NCBI RefSeq assembly: GCF_001194135.2
Contig: NC_068986.1
Span: forward strand, 26,354,519-26,418,518
DNA length: 64,000 nt
Origin: Octopus bimaculoides
Lineage: Eukaryota
Direction: 5' to 3'
In this document: piece by piece, positions 56,355-64,000 of the stretch
Position numbering within the stretch: position 1 is the first letter of the stretch
Layout of the letters: each line of letters starts with the position of its first letter
Program-made: the position numbers and the translations under genes
Notes under the pieces: generated by a model
What the model was told of the DNA's origin: nothing
Databases searched by the model: none
The model's input: the letters and a program-made list of their open reading frames with translations, nothing else

Positions 56355-56996
56355 TTATTTGGTTTAGCCTTATTCAGTTCAACCTTTATTTGGTTCAACA
56401 ACGTTATTTGGTTCAGCCTTATTCAGTTCAGCCTTATTCAGTTCAGCCTTATTTGGTTCAGCCTTATTTGGTTCAACTTTATTCAGTTCAACCTTATTTG
56501 GTTCAGCCTTACCCAGTTCAGGCTTATTTGGTTCAACCTTATTCAGTTCAGCCTTGTTCAGTTCAACCTTACTAGGTTCAGCCTTACTCAGTTCAGCCTT
56601 ACTCGGTTCAGCCTTATTTGGTTCAACTTTATTCAGTTCAACCTTATTTGGTTCAGCCTTATTTGGTTCAACTTTATTCAGTTCAACCTTACGCAGTTCA
56701 GTGTTATGTGGTTCAGCCTTACTCGGTTCAACCTTATTCAGTTCAGCCTTATTTGGTTCAGCCTTATTTGGTTCAACTTTATTCAGTTCAACCTTATTTG
56801 GTTCAGCCTTATGCAGTTCAGCGTTATGTGGTTCAGCCTTACTTGGTTCAACCTTATTTGGTTCAGCCTTACTCGGTTCAACCTTATTCGTTTCAGCCTT
56901 ATTTGGTTCAGCCTTGTTCAGTCCAGCTGTATTCAGTTCAACCTTATTTGGTTCAGCCTTATTTAGTTCAACCTCATTTGGTTCAGTTTTATTCAT
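56355..56996. repeat. 15-bp minisatellite, about 42 units (GTTCA[G/A]C[C/T]TTAT[TTG/TCA])
   Basis: Directly visible period-15 array. Confidence 0.95.
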
Positions 56997-57022
56997 ACCT
57001 GGATTCAGTAATTCCCTCAGAT
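56379..57022 (-). CDS. Putative terminal coding exon of an unidentified gene, N-K-(A/V)-E-(P/L) pentapeptide repeat
   Basis: Strong acceptor ctaattaacttttttgtttttttccag| then (D)LRELLNPGMNKTEP..., in frame with ORF 56996-56379. Confidence 0.5.
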
Positions 57023-58988
57023 CTGGAAAAAAACAAAAAAGTTAATTAGTTACATAAATATCTATTGGTTGTCAGATAAATTCGTTTCTTTTGCTTTCTT
57101 TGTACTTGGCACTCCATTACACTGTGTAACATTTTTTCTTTTTATTTTCTCTTTAGTTTCTCTTTGCTTCTATCTAGAAATCAAAGGAAATGATCACTAT
57201 TCCCTTCAAACTTTGCTTTTGTGACCTGAACATCAATTACACTTCAGACAGCTGAAATAGCAAATATTCTGCTCAATACCACAGATTTGCTTGTCAGTGG
57301 TTTGACCGTAACCACTTGAGCATGTCCCTTAGTGGCTGACACTATGTGCATTTCTGATCATGAGTAGAAGTGGGGAAGTATCATAGCTATGTGTTGAGAA
57401 GGATTCTTTGAGGTTTGAATAAATGTACAAAAGCAAAGTTTGAAGGAAATATTAACCATTTTTCATACTTTCTAGGGGTAAGCAAACAAGAAATAACAGT
57501 TGCTACCCAAGGACAAAAATCACGTTACACAGTGTTGTTATATTTGAAAAGAGGTAAAGTTTTTTCAAATTTCAAAATTGGTAAAAATAAAACTTGTAGG
57601 AGGAAGATTAGATCTACAAAAAGAAAAAGAAGAAAAAAAAGAAACCTATAAAACACTATGATAAAAATATTTTCATGTTAATTTAAATAATATAGTGAAA
57701 AATTTAAACAAATGGGAAAAAAATGAACACGTTTACTGGATAACACAATAAACTATTTTAAGATATTCAGTGGTAAACAAAACTCTGATGGTATTTTGGC
57801 TTAAACATTATCAAGTCATATTTAATTGCATTTTAACCATATTTAGGATCATCCTTGTTAGAAAGTAAACTTGTAACAAGTAGTCATGCTGAATATGTAG
57901 TTTTCTCTCCTCGCATTCCGCATTCCCTTTTCAGCACTTCCCGTTGAATTCTCTTTGTATTTTCTCACAAGAAGGAAGTGAGTCACTTAAAGGGCTCCAA
58001 TAAATACATGAGTTTATTCCAGCATGGAACATGATTCAAACACCCAAGTGGAAGTTTACAAGGATTACAAGAAATGTAATAACAGAAGATGTATCTCCAA
58101 ACATGTTCATATCATTCTCCTAGTAATTAGCAATAGGCTTTTCTTCAGGTAAAACAAAAAGGGGAACTCAAGGAAATAACCCTTAAAGATAATCATCCAT
58201 TTGAGATGGGCTAATTGTTCTAATGGAGAACGTGTTGAAGGCACATGTGTGGCATAAATGCTGAGAGGGTCCCATACAGGTTTGTCCTTGCTGAAAGTCA
58301 ATCGCCTACTGGATCCTTTTTGGCATGCAGCCAAAGCTAACAGTTGAAAGGATGCCACCTATTGAGGTAGCCTAAAAACACTCAACTGCCAAGGGAGATT
58401 ACTTCAACCATGTTGTTTACAGATTGATGTAACAACTATCACCAAACCATCTGTGCTACAAACTAAATAAATGGCTAATTAGAGTTGATATTGAGTCATA
58501 ACTAACAATTCATCATCATCATTTAATGTCCACGTTCCCACGATTGCATGAATTAGACTGAATTTATTGAGGCAGATTTTCTATAGCCAGAAGCCCTTCC
58601 CATCACCCGTTTCCAAGAAAAGTAAATTTTTCTCATAACTAGACATGTTTTTCACAGAAGGCTAGAAACAAACAACCTTGCTTCTATGACAATGATGTTC
58701 ATTTACAACCAAAATGTGATGTCAAGACAAGGGTACACACAAACGCACATGTATGCACACACACATGCATGCATATGTACACAATGGGCTTTCTGTTTAA
58801 CAAATCCACTCACAGGGCTTTGGTTGACCCAGGGATATAGTGGAAGACATTTGCCAAAGGTGCAACTCAGTGAGTCTGACCCCAGGACCACATGGTTGGG
58901 AAGCAACCATGTGGTTATAAACACCTGTGTCTATAGCGGATTCCTATAAGGTTGTTATCCACCCCTGATTGGAACTCTCCCGTATGAC

Positions 58989-59284
58989 ATGTACGCATGC
59001 TCAGTGACTTGCTTTAACTACCGCAGACGCAAATACTGTTGTATATGCAGCCACTATAGAGGGAAGAATGTAGACGGCAAAGTTATTTCACTATATAAAT
59101 ATCCTGAAAACGTAGCTATTTGTCGTATTTGGCTTCAGAGATCGAGACTTGTAAGGAAAGACTTTGTTTACACTGCAAATAGCCAAATGTGTTCCCAGCA
59201 TTCCGTCAATTTTAATGGACCATCGAAAGATCACCCCTTGCCATCCGTTTTGCCAAACAAAGTATTTAAAATATCAGTAAGTGC
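58989..59284 (+). pseudogene. THAP zinc-finger domain (transposase N-terminus)
   Basis: KYCCICSHY...SLYKYP...RIWLQR...MCSQHS...PLPSVLP fits the C2CH THAP pattern (HF changed to HS); GTAAGT donor at 59277 before the gap. Confidence 0.75.
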
Positions 59285-59837
59285 NNNNNNNNNNNNNNNN
59301 NNNNNNNNNNNNNNNNNNNNNNNNNNNNNNNNNNNNNNNNNNNNNNNNNNNNNNNNNNNNNNNNNNNNNNNNNNNNNNNNNNNNNNNNNNNNNNNNNNNN
59401 NNNNNNNNNNNNNNNNNNNNNNNNNNNNNNNNNNNNNNNNNNNNNNNNNNNNNNNNNNNNNNNNNNNNNNNNNNNNNNNNNNNNNNNNNNNNNNNNNNNN
59501 NNNNNNNNNNNNNNNNNNNNNNNNNNNNNNNNNNNNNNNNNNNNNNNNNNNNNNNNNNNNNNNNNNNNNNNNNNNNNNNNNNNNNNNNNNNNNNNNNNNN
59601 NNNNNNNNNNNNNNNNNNNNNNNNNNNNNNNNNNNNNNNNNNNNNNNNNNNNNNNNNNNNNNNNNNNNNNNNNNNNNNNNNNNNNNNNNNNNNNNNNNNN
59701 NNNNNNNNNNNNNNNNNNNNNNNNNNNNNNNNNNNNNNNNNNNNNNNNNNNNNNNNNNNNNNNNNNNNNNNNNNNNNNNNNNNNNNNNNNNNNNNNNNNN
59801 NNNNNNNNNNNNNNNNNNNNNNNNNNNNNNNNNNNNN

Positions 59838-60255
59838 AACAACCATTCACTGATTTGGCCATGAGCATGATGAGGTATAGAAGAGGTAGGGACAGTCACA
59901 CTATAAAGTCTAATAATTAGAGGAATATTAGATTCAATGCTGTAAATTTATTATTTAATCAAACAAACACACACACACACACATATATATATATACACAC
60001 AAAAATAAGAGGAATGACCAGCAAAAGTGGACTTCTATATGCTAGAAATAGATGCCGATTCGGCACTTTAGCTGGTCATTCCTCTTATTTTTGTGTGTAT
60101 ATATATATATGTGTGTGTGTGTGTGTTTGTTTGATTAAATAATAAATTTACAGCATTGAATCTAATATTCCTCTAATTATTAGACTTTATAGTGTGACTG
60201 TCCCTACCTCTTCTATACCTCATCATGCTCATGGCCAAATCAGTGAATGGTTGTT
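59838..60255. repeat. Perfect 185-bp inverted repeat, 48-bp spacer
   Basis: 59838-60022 is the reverse complement of 60071-60255, including identical (AC)8(AT)6 tracts. Confidence 0.9.
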
Positions 60256-60339
60256 GAAAGCAGATTGGGATCAGGCAATACTTCTGCTTATTCCTGTCTG
60301 AAGTATCAGACTTATCGTCCTATGAATTTACTTCGTTGA

Positions 60340-60488
60340 CATATCGACAGAATTTTTATACCTTTCAACCTTTCAATCAAGTCCGCCTTTCTTCCAGTAA
60401 CATACTGTCCATATAATCTTAATTATTTCTTTAACTCAGGCACAGTAAGTACTTCGATAGCTGAATCATCGAATTGCTTTATATCCAT
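60340..60488 (-). pseudogene. SAP-domain ORF start (second ORF of the element)
   Basis: MDIKQFDDSAIEVLTVPELKK*LRLYGQYVTGRKADLIERLK fits SAP consensus LTV-ELK-L-x-x-x-G-x-x-x-S/TG-x-K-A-x-L-I-E-R-L; one in-frame TAA. Confidence 0.7.
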
Positions 60489-61469
60489 GATAAGACGTAA
60501 AACAATAACAATAGCGTAGATAGTCTGCGGAAGTTTAATTGTCTACATGGAGCGCCGCCTAGCCAAGGGAGATAACCTACTTATAGGAAAGCCCTATAGC
60601 GTAGATAGTCTGCGGAAGTTTGTCTACATGGAGTGCTGCCTAGCCAAGGAAGATAACCTACTTATAGGAAAGCCCTATAGCTAAACATTACAAAAAGAAA
60701 AATTAAACATAAAACAAAAAATTAATATCTTTATAGCTATATCTATGCACACCCACACACAAAAGCTTCACACTGTCTTGGCTCAAAGAGAACCAAATCA
60801 CATTGTTAACGAGCAACTTTTATTGTTAAAAACTTATATTTTAAGATACATAAGTACAAAGGCAGTACAAGGCAACCAGACGTCATTCACGACCAAATAT
60901 TGCTTAGTAATATGTGCCATACTTTTGCTAATTGGTTTAGGTATCTATGTAGTTGTGAGCTGATATAAATACCTTCTTGGCTCCCTCATCTTTGACCCAG
61001 AGGCATATCTAGGATGTGACAGATGGATGGAAAGATAGCTGTACCAAAACTCAGCTTCACTACAGTTGAGAATTAAACCCACAACCTTAGAATCATGAGC
61101 TGGACATTCTAACCACCAGTCCACATGCCTTTATTCACCTGCATAAAAACACCCTTTAATATCAATGTATGCCATTGCATGCTATATTAATCTCAGTATC
61201 CATCCATTCACTGGCCTCATCCTTACTACTAGGTAATCTATCCTGTTTTGATAATCTTCCCTTTACCTTAAATAATAAGCAACTAGAATGTAATCAAAAT
61301 GGCTAACTTTTCCATCCTAAATATATGCCTATGTGAGATGTGGTTTCCTTTTTAGCAGTAGAAGCAATTCTCTCTAGGTAAATAGGTACTGGAAAGACTC
61401 TTCTCTAACAAGTTAGTGACCATTACGTCTCTGTCAAGTTAGATGAATTCCAATATAAATTAGAGGTGA

Positions 61470-61760
61470 GTTGGCAACAAAAGGACTCTCTTTCAGAGTG
61501 AAAGGTAGACTATATGATGCTTGTGTGTGAACAGCTAATACTCCATGGTAGTGAGACATGGGCTCTGAATGCAGAAGACATGTGTAGACTGGAGATAAAT
61601 GAAGGTAGTATGCTCTGTTGGATGTGCAACATCAGTGTGCATGTACAGCAAAGTGCAAATGGATTGAGAGAAAAGTTGGGCATAAGAGGAATCAAATGTA
61701 GAGAAGACTACATTGGTTTGGACATGTGATGCATATGAATGAGGACAAAGAAAAATAATG
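61470..61760 (+). mobile_element. RTE LINE fragment
   Basis: KGLSFRVKGRLYDACV*...LHGSETWALNAEDMCRLEINEGSMLCWMCNISVHVQQS...LREKLGIRGI. Confidence 0.8.
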
Positions 61761-62403
61761 TAATATATTACATCCTGTAACACCAGAAGGCTACAGAAAA
61801 GATATGATGACAGATTCACTTAGTGAAGAAAAGAGCAAACATGAATGAGTTCGAAAACGTTTTAATCGATGTGATTAGATCATGGATTATTCTGAATAAA
61901 AGCATATTGTGTTTATATGAATTAGAATATCATATAACAGAATTGTATTTGACCTGACAGTGGCACACTTAGTTGCAGTAACAATGAAAAGAAATAAGTA
62001 TGAAAGAGGTGACTAAAGCAAGGAATATGAATGGATATCTAATAAAGATTCATACATGTATAAAGTTAATAATTAAGGACATTAAGACAAGAAAAGATGC
62101 AGGTCCATCAAAAGATAGTTGTTGAATGTTGAAAGTACTAGAATTTGCTGGTACTTTACTAATTACCTACTAAGTTTATTAAGTTACACTATTTTCAAAA
62201 GTATATACAACAGTGACAATATCTGTAGCTTCACATTGTATACAAGTAACAACAGGAGCCTCAAGAAATTAGGCAAATTCAGAGAGTCTAGCAAAGTTAG
62301 AACAGTTTAGATATGATACTGTTTGGGTTTGCAGTTGAGATAGAATAACAGGTGCTACATTTTTAGTGATCTCTTCAGAAGAACTGATTTTGCATTCACT
62401 TAC

Positions 62404-62431
62404 CTCTAGGTTTCTCAGTGGCCCCAAACAC
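62404..62431 (-). CDS. Putative 28-nt micro-exon (VFGATEKPR) of the same gene
   Basis: tttcattttttttcag|GTGTTTGGGGCCACTGAGAAACCTAGAG|gtaagt; when read in phase 0 it ends in phase 1, matching the 57022 exon. Confidence 0.45.
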
Positions 62432-64000
62432 CTGAAAAAAATGAAACATAAATAAATGACTTAGAATAGTTTTAATGGATAATTCAGTGTACAGGTAAGT
62501 GTTCATAGGGCTCTGTCTTTAAATAAGTATTCATCATCATCATCATCGTTTAACATCCGCTTTCCATGCTAGCATGGGTTGGATGATTTGACTGAGGACT
62601 GGTGAAACCAGATGGCTACACCAGGCTCCAATCTGATTTGGCAGAGTTTCTACAGCTGAATGCCCTTCCTAACGCCAACCACTCAGAGAGTGTAGTGGGT
62701 GCTTTTACGTGTCACCCGCACGAAGGCCAGTCAGGCGGTACTGGCAACGGTCACGCTCAAATTGGTACATTTTATGTGCCACCCACACAAGAGCCAGTCC
62801 AGTATTATAATTCTAGAAACAAGAACCAAAGGTTTAGAACGAGATGTTTTTAGAAAATGATAACTTGCTTCTCGTGGCAGTTTGTCAAGGAGCTTCAAAA
62901 TCTAAAAGAGGGCAATTTTCAGTCCAGTAGTATAAAATACAACATAGTAATATACAAATTACTAACCAAGTACATGACATTTAAATTTCATGTGGGAAGT
63001 TGCCGTATACAGTATGTGGCAAAAGAGAAGATTGTGGACTTTAGCAACAACAAACAAACTAAAGATGTAAATGTGATATCTAATAAACTGACAGAGAAGC
63101 AGGACTATGAATGCATTAGAGGAATGGAAGGGTTACCAATAGGGGTAGCAATAAATAGTAGTGCCGAGGCTATTCAAGACATGCATTTGTTGTAATTTAT
63201 AATTATTGTTAACTAGGTGAGTTAAGAAATACTGAAGAAGGTCGAGAGAAAGTAACAACAGTGTGCAAGTAGAAGTTCAATCTTGACATGTGTGAATAAC
63301 TGCAAATACACACACACACACAGAGTCATCAAGGATAGAAAATGATCTTACATTTCAGATCATAATGCAGAGAAGTTTATAGGGGGAATGTTTAAATGTG
63401 GAGAGCAAGCTTATGGCTGGATGTTCTTCCTAATGTGGAGAGCCACTTATGGCTGGATGTTCTTCCTAACACCAACCACTTTACAGAGTGTACTAGGTGC
63501 TCTTTATATGTTGCTGGAATGGGGGCTTTTTCATGTGATGCCAACATGGGTACCTTTTCGTGTGGCACTAGTACAAGTGCTTATTTACATAGAGCCAGCA
63601 TGGGTGAACTAACTGGCATAGGTGCTTGTTACATGGCACCGACACGAGTGCATGTCTACATGACACCAACATGGGATCGCCAGAGAAGATACTTGGCTAC
63701 CCCAGTAGGGTAAAGAAGTGGAGGGAGGTGGAAGAGTGTGAGAAAGAGAAAGATAGAGACAATAAGAGAGAGAGAGAGAGCTGGTGCATAGAGAACAGTG
63801 GAGGGAAGTATAAGTAGTACAGATGGGACAGAGATGTTCCATAAGCATGTGAGGGGAGATATTTAGAGATAGCAAGTGATGGTAAGAGGTACTAGAGGCC
63901 TGCAGTGGGTGGTGGTGTTTTAGGGAGATGATTTGTGGTGAGCTTTGCCAGAGGACAGAATTATGTGTAGGGAGAAGGGAGTGGGTTTAGGGCCATAAAG

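Larger units (their letters stand above)
58935..60676. mobile_element. ISL2EU-like (PIF/Harbinger-related) DNA transposon, internally deleted
   Basis: Imperfect TIRs AGCGGATTCCTATAAGGTTGTTATC / GATAACCTACTTATAGGAAAGCCCT, AT on both flanks, THAP ORF on +, SAP ORF on -. Confidence 0.65.

Noticed and set aside
56355-56996. CRISPR-like appearance of the array
   Set aside because: Contiguous 15-bp units with no unique spacers, eukaryotic context.
56315-57049. Plus-strand VQPY(L/S), SS(T/A)L(F/L)G and WFSL repeat ORFs
   Set aside because: The unit lacks plus-strand stop triplets so these frames are open trivially; splice signals favour the minus frame.
62857-63195. 112-aa plus-strand ORF
   Set aside because: TTG/ATG-start ORF with no recognisable domain or splice context.

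Overview
AT-rich, microsatellite- and SINE-laden animal DNA with five assembly gaps (3775-4446, 8060-8283, 8694-8878, 9532-10515, 59285-59837). The repeat families look like those of an octopus/coleoid cephalopod; that assignment is an inference. The one firmly identifiable gene is a 5-exon REEP5/DP1/Yop1 orthologue on + (28937-50550, 200 aa) with a CpG-richer promoter carrying two tandem GTCACATGAT boxes. A second, convergent gene is suggested on - by a 28-nt micro-exon (62404-62431) spliceable in frame to a 644-nt exon encoding about 40 N-K-(A/V)-E-(P/L) pentapeptides (56379-57022). The rest is transposon debris: Tc1, two hAT families, mariner/piggyBac/hAT/foldback MITEs, RTE and Ingi/Vingi-like LINEs, and two tRNA-derived SINE families. 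Not evident from the ORF track: an R4/Dong-type retrotransposon end inserted in a (TAA)n array, a decayed Penelope-type hammerhead ribozyme, and an ISL2EU-like DNA transposon (AG..CT ends, AT TSD, convergent THAP and SAP ORFs) containing a perfect 185-bp foldback. No database searches were possible; all family calls rest on recognised motifs.
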